DNA of 64,000 nucleotides from a bacterium (GTDB lineage Bacteria; Omnitrophota; Gorgyraeia; Zapsychrales; Zapsychraceae): NCBI GenBank assembly GCA_030429765.1, contig JAUIER010000003.1, positions 144,402 to 208,401 of the forward strand, read 5' to 3'. Shown piece by piece: positions 56,406 to 64,000 of this stretch (position 1 is its first letter; each line of letters starts with the position of its first letter). The notes under the pieces were generated by a model. It saw only the letters and a program-made list of their open reading frames with translations, ran no database searches and was not told where the DNA came from. The position numbers and the translations under genes were made by a program.

Positions 56406-57437
56406 ATGAAACCATCCGATCGTTACACACATATCATCTGCACCATCGGTCCGGTCAGTTCCAATGAAGACATGATTGTCAAGATGGCTGAACGCGGCAT
56501 GAATGTCGCCCGGATCAATTGTTCGCACGGCACTCAGGCCCAGCATCAAAAGATTGTTGATTTGATCCAGGGAGTCAATGAAAAGCACGGATTTAACATT
56601 GGCATTCTCGTCGATCTAGAGGGATATCGGATTCGGATCGGCAAAATGAAAAAATCTGTTCCGCTGGTTCAGAATGACATCGTTTACATGGCCCGTCAGA
56701 TGGATAACGTATCCGATGCGATTCCGTTTGACTACGAGGAAGACCTGGACGCGATCACCAAGGGGTTGAATGTGTATATGGACGATGGGAATCTGCATCT
56801 TAGAGTAATGGATCGTGTAGGCAAGCGTCTGAAGCTGCGGGTTGTTGCCGGCGGTACGCTTAAAGAGCGTAAGGGGGTTAACATTCCGGGGCTGAAACTT
56901 CGGGCGAATATCGTGACGGATAAAGACAAGCGTTCGCTGGAATTTGCGATCAGGAACGGCGTCGCGATAGTCGCGCAATCCTTTGTCCGTAACCGAAAGG
57001 ACATTCTGCGCGTCAACAATATCGTGAAGCCCAGTTTACCGGAATGTCTGGTGGTGGCCAAGATTGAAAGTGAAGAAGGGCTTAAGAATGTCGAGGCGAT
57101 CGTCGAGGAATGCGACGGTATTATGGTGGCGCGCGGAGATTTGGGAGTGTCGCTGCCAATCTATAAAATCCCGATGATCCAAAAATATTTAGTGAATCAC
57201 GCGAATCGTCAAAAGAAGATGTCGGTCATCGCCACGCAGATGCTCGATAGTATGATTGAACGGGGATATCCGACACGGGCGGAAGTGTCCGACGTGGCAA
57301 ATGCAATTCTGGACCGGACGGACTATGTCATGCTTTCGGGGGAGACGGCGGTCGGAAAGTTTCCATCCCGCAGTGTGAAACTCATGAGTCAGATCGTGGC
57401 GTATACCGAACGCCACGCCAATATTCGTCCTCACTAA
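56406..57437 (+). CDS. pyruvate-kinase-like protein lacking the C-terminal regulatory domain
   Basis: ICTIGP...MNVARINCSHG...MVARGDLG...MLSGETA motifs collinear with pyruvate kinase A/B domains. Only 343 aa. Confidence 0.75.
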   Translation: MKPSDRYTHIICTIGPVSSNEDMIVKMAERGMNVARINCSHGTQAQHQKIVDLIQGVNEKHGFNIGILVDLEGYRIRIGKMKKSVPLVQNDIVYMARQMDNVSDAIPFDYEEDLDAITKGLNVYMDDGNLHLRVMDRVGKRLKLRVVAGGTLKERKGVNIPGLKLRANIVTDKDKRSLEFAIRNGVAIVAQSFVRNRKDILRVNNIVKPSLPECLVVAKIESEEGLKNVEAIVEECDGIMVARGDLGVSLPIYKIPMIQKYLVNHANRQKKMSVIATQMLDSMIERGYPTRAEVSDVANAILDRTDYVMLSGETAVGKFPSRSVKLMSQIVAYTERHANIRPH

Positions 57438-57456
57438 CGCCGTGTGCTGAAACGTT

Positions 57457-57978
57457 ATGATTGAAAATGAACTATTATTTTTGGGATTGTTGAAGGACGG
57501 ACCGAAGCATGGTTACGAGATCAAGCGTCTGATCGAAGAAGACTTGTCCCGGTTTGTGGGATTGAAGGTCAAGTCGATTTACTATCCGCTTAAGAAAATG
57601 GAAAAGCTCGGGCTGATCCGTAAAGACGCGGATCGCGAAGGAAAATTTCCCGAAAAAATGGTCTACAGTCTCACGCCCAAGGGTGAGAAAATCTTTGAAC
57701 ATTTGATCACGGAAAGTTTTCTGAGTATCGAGCGGCCCTATTTTGATATTGATTTATCCCTCTATTTTCTGCAGTACGTAGACAAAAAAATCGCCCGGCG
57801 TCAGCTGAGAGGAAGGGTGCTTTTTTTAAGGCGTATCAAGAGTGACCTGCAAGCCATCCAAAAAGCCACGGATCCTGACAAAAAACACTTGATGATTATT
57901 CTCGAACATGATCTGGATTTGGTGGAGGCTGAGATCAAATCCATCACCAAGCTCATGGGCGTTTTGGATGATGATTAG
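57457..57978 (+). CDS. PadR-family transcriptional regulator
   Basis: LLFLGLLKDGPKHGYEIKRLIEE...YYPLKKMEKLGLI winged-helix pattern. Confidence 0.82.
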   Translation: MIENELLFLGLLKDGPKHGYEIKRLIEEDLSRFVGLKVKSIYYPLKKMEKLGLIRKDADREGKFPEKMVYSLTPKGEKIFEHLITESFLSIERPYFDIDLSLYFLQYVDKKIARRQLRGRVLFLRRIKSDLQAIQKATDPDKKHLMIILEHDLDLVEAEIKSITKLMGVLDDD

Positions 57979-58120
57979 CCGGTTATTGATCCAAGTCTTC
58001 CTTAATATTGCTTGACAATCGCTGTGAATCTAATAAAATCTAACTAGTAAAATTTTAATAGTTTGGAACGAATTGCGATAAAATCATAAGTTATTTAACC
58101 GTATAGCTTTAGGTGGAATT

Positions 58121-59638
58121 ATGAAAACGATCTTCGATGTGCTCAATGAGGCAGAACGCGCATATTCCTCTAAGACCGCGCTGATTTTCAAAGATGAACA
58201 GATTTCATTCAAGGAACTGCAGGTTCGGGTCCACAAGACGGCCAACAGCCTTCGCTCGGCTGGGATCAAGAAGGGCGACAAAATAGCCTTTTATCTACCG
58301 AATTCGCCAGAATACGTGTATGCGTATCTGGCGTGTTTTTGTTTGGGGGCCGTTGGAGTCCCGCTGGACTACATGCTCAAGACCGAAGAGCTCGAGACGT
58401 GTATCGGACATTCGGAGGCCAAATTGCTGCTGGCTCAGGACCGTAAAGGGGTTGACCTGGCGGCGGTCAAATCTGCGCTGCCGACGCTCGAGCAGATTAT
58501 TCTCGTTAACAGCGAGCGGGAAGATTGGCCGCAGCTCGTCGATTTATGCCGCGAGGCGTCAGCTGAATTTGTCGCCGAGACGATTGTCGAAACCGACCCG
58601 GCGTTGATCATGTACACGTCGGGAACAACCGGCAAGCCCAAAGGCATTCTGCTCAATGTCCGGCATCTGCATGGCTCACCCGAGGCGATGGAGCATTTTG
58701 TTGATCTATCCGACAAGGATGTCAAACTGGCCGCTATTCCTTTCAGCCACATTGGTGGCTTTATCTACATTCAAAATTGTATCTTTTTTGGTATTTCATT
58801 GGTGATCATGGAACGGTTTAATCCGTTTGAATTCTTAGAGAAGGTGACACGTTACCACGTCACCTGTTTCCATATTGTTCCGCCGATGTACAATGCCTTG
58901 CTCACTCTAAAAGAAATCGACCGATTTGATCTGTCTTCACTGCGCTGGGTGGTGGTCTTTGGCGCGCCCAGTTCGCCGGAGATTCTTGAACGGTTTCATA
59001 AATATTGCCCCAATGCCAAGCTTTTGAATGGTTGGGGAATGACCGAGACAACCCCGCCGAATACTGTGACACCGATGGACAGTGACAACATTAAGAGTGT
59101 TGGAAAGTCGGCGCCGAATTGCGAGATCAAGATTTTCGATGACGCGGACAAAGAAGTTCCCGTCGGAGAAATCGGTGAGATCGTGATTCGCGGATGGGTG
59201 ATCATGGACGAATACTATAAAGATCCCGAAGAAACGGCGCGGTTGAAACGTAACGGCTGGCTGTACACCGGAGATTTAGGCCGTTTTGACTCGGATGGAT
59301 TTTTGTATATCGTCGGACGCAAAAAGGAAATGATCAAAGTCGGCGGTCAGATTGTATACGCCCCCGAAGTCGAGAGTGTCTTTTACAAACATCCTCAGGT
59401 TGTGGAAGTGGCCGCGATCGGTGTGCCCGATGGAATGAAGGGTGAAGTGGTCAAGGCCTTCGTCGTTCTCAAGGGTGAAGAAGAGGTTTCGCCGGAAGAT
59501 CTGCGGTATTTTGCCCGAGAGCATCTCGCCAACTTCAAGGTTCCGCAGTCGGTGGAAATCCGTCCGGAGCTGCCAAAAAATCGGACCGGTAAGATTGACA
59601 AGTCGGCCCTCAAATCAAGTGATCTAGTGAGTAAATGA
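58121..59638 (+). CDS. AMP-dependent synthetase/ligase (acyl-CoA synthetase-like)
   Basis: MYTSGTTGKPKG AMP-binding motif. Also GWGMTET and GWLYTGDLG. Confidence 0.88.
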   Translation: MKTIFDVLNEAERAYSSKTALIFKDEQISFKELQVRVHKTANSLRSAGIKKGDKIAFYLPNSPEYVYAYLACFCLGAVGVPLDYMLKTEELETCIGHSEAKLLLAQDRKGVDLAAVKSALPTLEQIILVNSEREDWPQLVDLCREASAEFVAETIVETDPALIMYTSGTTGKPKGILLNVRHLHGSPEAMEHFVDLSDKDVKLAAIPFSHIGGFIYIQNCIFFGISLVIMERFNPFEFLEKVTRYHVTCFHIVPPMYNALLTLKEIDRFDLSSLRWVVVFGAPSSPEILERFHKYCPNAKLLNGWGMTETTPPNTVTPMDSDNIKSVGKSAPNCEIKIFDDADKEVPVGEIGEIVIRGWVIMDEYYKDPEETARLKRNGWLYTGDLGRFDSDGFLYIVGRKKEMIKVGGQIVYAPEVESVFYKHPQVVEVAAIGVPDGMKGEVVKAFVVLKGEEEVSPEDLRYFAREHLANFKVPQSVEIRPELPKNRTGKIDKSALKSSDLVSK

Positions 59639-59649
59639 AAGGATTTCAG

Positions 59650-60426
59650 ATGACACAGATGCAAAAAGAAGCGCACATGACCGGTCAGGATCTCATGGGG
59701 ATGGTGCAGTTACGGCCGGAAGATATCGGAAAATACGCGATCGTCCCCGGTCCGCGTGAACGGGCCGACGCCATCGTCGCCAAGATTACCGATCCCGTCA
59801 AGAATTTCAGCTTTATGGAATACACGATGCATACCGGGGACTACGAAGGCATTCGGTTGACAACGATCAACGGCGGACGTTTCGCGCCGGATACATCAAT
59901 CACCACGGAAATTCTGTGCAACGCCAAAGTCAACGGATTGATCCGGGTGGGCAGTTGCGGCGCGCTGCGGGAGGATATGAAGGTCGGCGACATCGTGGTA
60001 GTGGATACAGCAATCAAAGGGGATGGCGTTACGAAGTATTATGTTGATGACGAATTTGTGCCCAAGGCCGACGAGGCTCTGAGCAAGGCGCTCACGGAAA
60101 TCGCTCAGAATTCACTGCAGGCCAATGGGCTGATTGAGAACAAGGTTCATGTTGGACCATGCTGGACCACCGACGCGATTCTGCGTGAAACACGTGAGCA
60201 TGTTGGAAAGGCAGTTGATCAAGGCGCAATCGCGGTTGATATGGTGACCTCGGCGCTGTTGACGATTTGTCAGCTGTATAACGTACCGGCAGCGGTGATC
60301 CTGGCGGTGAGTGACAATGTCATCACCGGCGAGATGGGATTTATGAATCCGGATTATTACATGGCGGAAACGGCCATTATTAATATCGCGTTGGATGCCG
60401 TCAAACAGTTGGAAGCGGCGGCCTAA
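59650..60426 (+). CDS. PNP/Udp-family (hexameric DeoD/Udp-type) nucleoside phosphorylase, copy 1
   Basis: AIVPGPRER, RVGSCGAL and VGDIVVVDTAI match DeoD/Udp motifs (AIVPGDPDR, RVGSCGA). Confidence 0.82.
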   Translation: MTQMQKEAHMTGQDLMGMVQLRPEDIGKYAIVPGPRERADAIVAKITDPVKNFSFMEYTMHTGDYEGIRLTTINGGRFAPDTSITTEILCNAKVNGLIRVGSCGALREDMKVGDIVVVDTAIKGDGVTKYYVDDEFVPKADEALSKALTEIAQNSLQANGLIENKVHVGPCWTTDAILRETREHVGKAVDQGAIAVDMVTSALLTICQLYNVPAAVILAVSDNVITGEMGFMNPDYYMAETAIINIALDAVKQLEAAA

Positions 60427-60441
60427 TCGGAGGGATCAATT

Positions 60442-61206
60442 ATGTCGACGATGACCAAGGATATCTACTTATCAGGTAAAGAGCTCACCGAAATGGTTCA
60501 GCTGCGTCCCCAGGATGTGGGGCGCTACGCGATCGTTCCGGGGCCTCGTGAACGTCTGAAGGGAATTCTTTCCGGGGTCGAGAAGCCGATCAAGAACTTC
60601 AGTTTTATGGAGTACGAAATGCATACCGGTGAGGCCAACGGGATTCGGACAACATTTATGAATGGCGGCCGCTATTCGGCGGATACGGCGATCACCACCG
60701 AATTGCTATGCGCCGTGGAGATCTCCTACTTGTTCCGGTTGGGAACGTGCGGAGCATTGCGCGATGATATCAACATCGGAGATGTCGTTGTCGCGGAGAC
60801 CGTCTGGAGCCAAGATGGAGTGACACCGTTTTACACTGATCAGGATAAAGTCAACGCGGAATCCAATCCGGAACTCGTCGATATGGTTGTAGCCACCGTC
60901 GAGAAGGCCGGTCTAAGGGCGCATCGCGGGCGGGTTTGGTCGCATGATGCCCTCCTTCGTCAAACGCGCGATAGAGTTGAACAGGCCATCGCTGAAGGAT
61001 GTATCGCATCCGATATGGTCTCATCAGCTTTCCTGACGATTTGCGGGCAAAGCAAAATGGCGGGTGTGTCGATTTTGGCGGTGGGCGATAACGTGGTTCG
61101 CGGTGAGTTTGGATACATGGATACAAATTTTTATATGACGGAACATATGCTGACGCAGGTGTGTACGGATTGTATTCAGCAGTTGGAGTCCGCCGCCGGG
61201 GCATAG
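60442..61206 (+). CDS. PNP/Udp-family nucleoside phosphorylase, copy 2 (tandem paralog)
   Basis: Collinear with copy 1 (MVQLRPQDVGRYAIVPGPRER...). Confidence 0.82.
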   Translation: MSTMTKDIYLSGKELTEMVQLRPQDVGRYAIVPGPRERLKGILSGVEKPIKNFSFMEYEMHTGEANGIRTTFMNGGRYSADTAITTELLCAVEISYLFRLGTCGALRDDINIGDVVVAETVWSQDGVTPFYTDQDKVNAESNPELVDMVVATVEKAGLRAHRGRVWSHDALLRQTRDRVEQAIAEGCIASDMVSSAFLTICGQSKMAGVSILAVGDNVVRGEFGYMDTNFYMTEHMLTQVCTDCIQQLESAAGA

Positions 61207-61211
61207 CTTGA

Positions 61212-62204
61212 ATGATGGCAAAGCAGGAACTTAAAATCAAGGAGTCGCCATTATTCTGGCCGGCGAAATTACGCGGATCAACATTGAAGGTTCTCGACGA
61301 GACGATGATCCCTTCAAAGATGACTTATGTCGACGTCAAGAATACAGCCGACGCGGTCAAGGTGATCCGTCAGATGCGGACCCGCGCATTTGGTCAGTTT
61401 TTGGTGGTGCTCAATACATTTTTACTCGAACTCAAGGGTAACAAGAGTTTGTCTGACAAGGCGTTGCTGGCGAAGCTCAAACGAACCGAGCAGAGTCTGA
61501 ACAACAGTCGTCCGACATTTCCGTTTGCCGAGGTCACATCGATTATCATTCGCTGGGCCGATGAAGCCTATTCCAAGCAACAAGATTTGCGTAAAGTTGT
61601 CAGCCGCAACGTGGAGGGCTATCTAAACGGTATTCGTCATCGTCGCTTGGACCGGGTCAACCGGGTGGCCGCGTTATTGCAGGACGGCGATAGTGTGCTG
61701 ACGCATTGCAATGTCAGCGGTGAGCTGGCCATGGCGGCACATATTGCGCAGAGTCAAAACCGGGATGTTCATTTTTTTGCCACGGAGACCCGTCCGTATA
61801 TGCAGGGTGCTAAGCTTACGGCCTGGGAGCTCAAACGGATGGGCGCGAAAGTGACGCTGATCGCCGACAATGCGATTGGTTCGGTGATGAATGACGAATT
61901 GGTGAACAAGGTGATTGTCGGGTCAGACCGCTCATGTGCGAATGGAGATTTTGCCAACAAGATCGGCACCTATCAGATCGCCGTGCTGGCCAAGGAATTT
62001 GAAATTCCGTTTTATGTGCTGACCCAGCCGTCGGACAAGATCAAGACGGGAGATGATATTCCAATCGAGATCCGAAATGCCAACGAACTTTTGACGTACT
62101 ATAAGAAGAAAATTGTCACGGGAGTCGTTAACGGATTTTATCCGGGGTTCGACGTTATCCCCAATGAATTGATAACGGAAACGATCGCCATCAATGTCAA
62201 CTAA
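61212..62204 (+). CDS. eIF-2B alpha/beta/delta-like sugar-phosphate isomerase (MtnA / ribose-1,5-bisphosphate isomerase family)
   Basis: VLTHCNVSGELA...ATETRPYMQGAKLTAWEL...VGSDRSCANGDFANKIGTYQIAVLAK. Confidence 0.82.
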   Translation: MMAKQELKIKESPLFWPAKLRGSTLKVLDETMIPSKMTYVDVKNTADAVKVIRQMRTRAFGQFLVVLNTFLLELKGNKSLSDKALLAKLKRTEQSLNNSRPTFPFAEVTSIIIRWADEAYSKQQDLRKVVSRNVEGYLNGIRHRRLDRVNRVAALLQDGDSVLTHCNVSGELAMAAHIAQSQNRDVHFFATETRPYMQGAKLTAWELKRMGAKVTLIADNAIGSVMNDELVNKVIVGSDRSCANGDFANKIGTYQIAVLAKEFEIPFYVLTQPSDKIKTGDDIPIEIRNANELLTYYKKKIVTGVVNGFYPGFDVIPNELITETIAINVN

Positions 62205-62724
62205 GACGCTAGACAACGATAAACCGGATCAGAAAGATGTCCTGAGTGAGTTCAAGGAATCTGTTGTACTGGTTCAGGGAATCCTCGACGCTGAATACTA
62301 TGATAAGATCATCAAGGATGGTCACAAAGAAGTCTTCGTGCTGGAGGGACGACCGTCACTGGAATCGGCTGAGTACTCATGTAAGCAGTTATTGCAGCGG
62401 AAGGTCAAGCCGACGTTAATCGCCGATAATATGGCGGGTTTTTTATTCTACAAAAATCTGGTGAAGGAAGTATGGTTGTCCTACCAGGTGGCGGATGAAG
62501 AGAAGGCGTTGTGCCAGGTCGGAGCCTTAATCTTGGGCGTACTAGGCAAGAAGCATGGTGTGCCGGTTAAATTGTTTCCGAGCTCGGAGAAACTGAATTT
62601 GGTCGGGCGTCAGCGTGAGATCTTTTACTTTAAAGGAATAAAAGTCGCACCCAGCAACATCCAGGGGTATGTGCCGCTGGCCGAGTGGGTGCCAATGAAA
62701 TATATCACCAAGGTGTATCGATGA
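62194..62724 (+). CDS. truncated eIF-2B-like paralog (176 aa)
   Basis: VLEGRPSLE...TLIADNMAGF...GALILGV echoes the C-terminal half of the preceding gene. Confidence 0.55.
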   Translation: MSTKTLDNDKPDQKDVLSEFKESVVLVQGILDAEYYDKIIKDGHKEVFVLEGRPSLESAEYSCKQLLQRKVKPTLIADNMAGFLFYKNLVKEVWLSYQVADEEKALCQVGALILGVLGKKHGVPVKLFPSSEKLNLVGRQREIFYFKGIKVAPSNIQGYVPLAEWVPMKYITKVYR

Positions 62725-63740
62725 ATGAAGATCTGATACGGAAAAAAAAGAAAAATATTATCACCATCGGGCGGCTGCTCTGGGAGAAAGATCTGGCCAG
62801 CGGACTCAACGGCAATATCAGTGCCCGTTTGGATGAGTCGACGATTCTCATCACCGCGACCGGAACGTGTCTGGGGTTGTTGCAGGAAAAAGATATTCTG
62901 ACCATGCGGCTTGATGGTCAGTTGCTCGAGGATGGGAAGGTCTCGACCGAAAAGCTGCTTCATACCGAGATCTACAAAAATTTCGCGGAAACGCAGGCTG
63001 TGGTGCATACGCACACGACTTATACGAACGCTTATTTTCTCAGTCATGAAACACTGAAACCCCGCGTGTTTGAAACACGGGTATATTTGGGTGAAGTGAC
63101 GGGTGTTCCACAGAAGACGCCGGCGGTCACGGATGCCCAGCCGGTGATCGACGCGCTTGAAACCAACAACATTGCGGCGTTAAGAAATCATGGTGTGGTG
63201 GCGATGGGTAAAGAACATTTCGATTGTTTTCTGTTGATCCAGGCGCTGGAAGATGCCGCCAAGATCGATGCGATCAATCACATCTATACATCCGCCGGGA
63301 GCTCGGCCTCTGCATCATCTGCGGCGGATGCTTCGTCGTCGGATGACTCGGCAGCAAACGGTAAACGCTATAAGCTTTTTTCACCGGAGCAGATGGACGC
63401 GATTGTCGAATATGTGAATAAAGACGAAGAGATGCAGCAGTTGGGTAAAGAGACCCAGATGACATTTGATCTGGCCGTGCTATTAGACGAAACAGGTGAA
63501 TCATATTCCTTTGAATTTCAGGAAGGACGGATCGCGAATGTTCGTCAGGATGCCAAAGCCGAATTTGTCGTCTCGGCGCCGGAGAAGGTATGGCGGCAGG
63601 TGTTTAATCAGGAAATTGATCCGTTTGTTGCGACAACACAAAAGAAGATGAGTCTCGACGGTGACTTTGCGAAAATATCGCGCTGGTACGCGCCGTGCTC
63701 GCGGGTCTTTGAAATCTGGGCTAAAGTTCCAATCGAATAG
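62721..63740 (+). CDS. class II aldolase/adducin-domain protein (MtnB/FucA-like) fused to a C-terminal SCP2-like domain
   Basis: GLNGNISARLDE...VVHTHTTYTNAYFL aldolase motifs. Ser/Ala linker. C-terminal FVVSAPEKVWRQVFNQEIDPFVATTQKKMSLDGDFAKISRW resembles SCP2. ATGA overlap with the upstream stop. Confidence 0.78.
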   Translation: MNEDLIRKKKKNIITIGRLLWEKDLASGLNGNISARLDESTILITATGTCLGLLQEKDILTMRLDGQLLEDGKVSTEKLLHTEIYKNFAETQAVVHTHTTYTNAYFLSHETLKPRVFETRVYLGEVTGVPQKTPAVTDAQPVIDALETNNIAALRNHGVVAMGKEHFDCFLLIQALEDAAKIDAINHIYTSAGSSASASSAADASSSDDSAANGKRYKLFSPEQMDAIVEYVNKDEEMQQLGKETQMTFDLAVLLDETGESYSFEFQEGRIANVRQDAKAEFVVSAPEKVWRQVFNQEIDPFVATTQKKMSLDGDFAKISRWYAPCSRVFEIWAKVPIE

Positions 63741-63756
63741 TGAGTAAAAATACAAG

Positions 63757-64000
63757 ATGACGGCCCTATCGACAAAAACTTTTGATGCGGTGAATCCGGC
63801 CACGGGAGAGATGTTTAGCCAGATTCCCGATATGTCAGTCGAGGAAATTCGGCAAGTGATCCAGCGTGCGCGTCACGGGTTTGATACAGGACCATGGAAA
63901 GATTTTAGTTTCGCTGAACGTGGCATCTACCTCAAGAAGATTGCGAAGCTGGTGCGGACGCATGCCAAGGAGTTGGCGGATTTGGAGATCAAGGATGTCG
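63757..64000 (+). CDS. aldehyde dehydrogenase family protein (5' part; continues past the window end)
   Basis: FDAVNPATGEMFSQIPDMSVEEIRQVIQRARHGFDTGPWKDFSFAERGIYLKKIAKLVRTHAKELADLE is an ALDH N-terminal pattern. Confidence 0.8.
   Translation, partial: MTALSTKTFDAVNPATGEMFSQIPDMSVEEIRQVIQRARHGFDTGPWKDFSFAERGIYLKKIAKLVRTHAKELADLEIKDV

Noticed and set aside
59650-64000. Archaeal-type AMP/pentose-bisphosphate pathway (AMP phosphorylase + R15P isomerase + RuBisCO)
   Set aside because: The phosphorylases are PNP/Udp-type, not thymidine-phosphorylase-family AMPpase, and no RuBisCO is present. A class II aldolase follows instead, favouring a DHAP-shunt-like route.
1-64000. tRNA, rRNA, transposase/IS, or prophage genes
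   Set aside because: No T-loop GGTTCGANTCC-type motifs in intergenic regions. No DDE or tyrosine-recombinase signatures. No phage structural gene motifs recognised.

Overview
This 64 kb window is a bacterial chromosomal segment, coded almost entirely on the + strand (rpmB is the only confident minus-strand gene). No database or tool was run; every product call rests on reading conserved motifs in the supplied translations and the raw sequence. I found no rRNA, tRNA, CRISPR array or transposase.

Main blocks, in order:
- 1-269: the 3' end of a gene that starts upstream of the window.
- 280-4420: a low-GC island of small cassette-like ORFs. It includes an SMI1/KNR4 (SUKH) immunity-type protein and a CPCC cysteine-rich protein. 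The cassettes are separated by structured repeats, and a 46-nt direct repeat gives two ORFs the same first ten codons.
- 4420-40700: housekeeping genes. These are an M20 peptidase, trpB-trpA, an M16 peptidase, rsfS, argS, recJ, rpmB, pepF, a Nudix hydrolase, class I aldolase, a nitroreductase, gpmA, a family-4 UDG, a PAS-GGDEF protein, hflK-hflC, prmA, an ArfB-like factor, moaC, a GT39-like transferase, apbE, thyA-folA, a REC-EAL protein and glgB-GH57-malQ.
- 40908-52103: one uninterrupted ORF of 3731 aa. It carries an N-terminal hydrophobic anchor, a GHKL-ATPase-like region, four tandem 35-aa repeats, two RNA-polymerase-alpha-CTD-like modules, at least five XRE-type HTH modules, a SAM-methyltransferase-like region, an APH/protein-kinase-like region and a Fic/Doc-like motif. 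Its last ~60 aa are clearly homologous to the C-terminus of the truncated ORF at 1-269.
- 52150-59638: hldD, a coiled-coil protein, a CBS-pair protein, a pyruvate-kinase-like protein without the C-terminal domain, a PadR regulator and an acyl-CoA synthetase.
- 59650-64000: a putative nucleoside/5'-deoxy- or methylthio-pentose salvage cluster (DHAP-shunt-like): two tandem PNP/Udp-family phosphorylases, an MtnA/e2b2-family isomerase, a truncated e2b2-like paralog, a class II aldolase fused to an SCP2-like domain, and the start of an aldehyde dehydrogenase.

The giant mosaic ORF, with its conserved C-terminal tail shared with the upstream gene, is the most likely previously undescribed system here.
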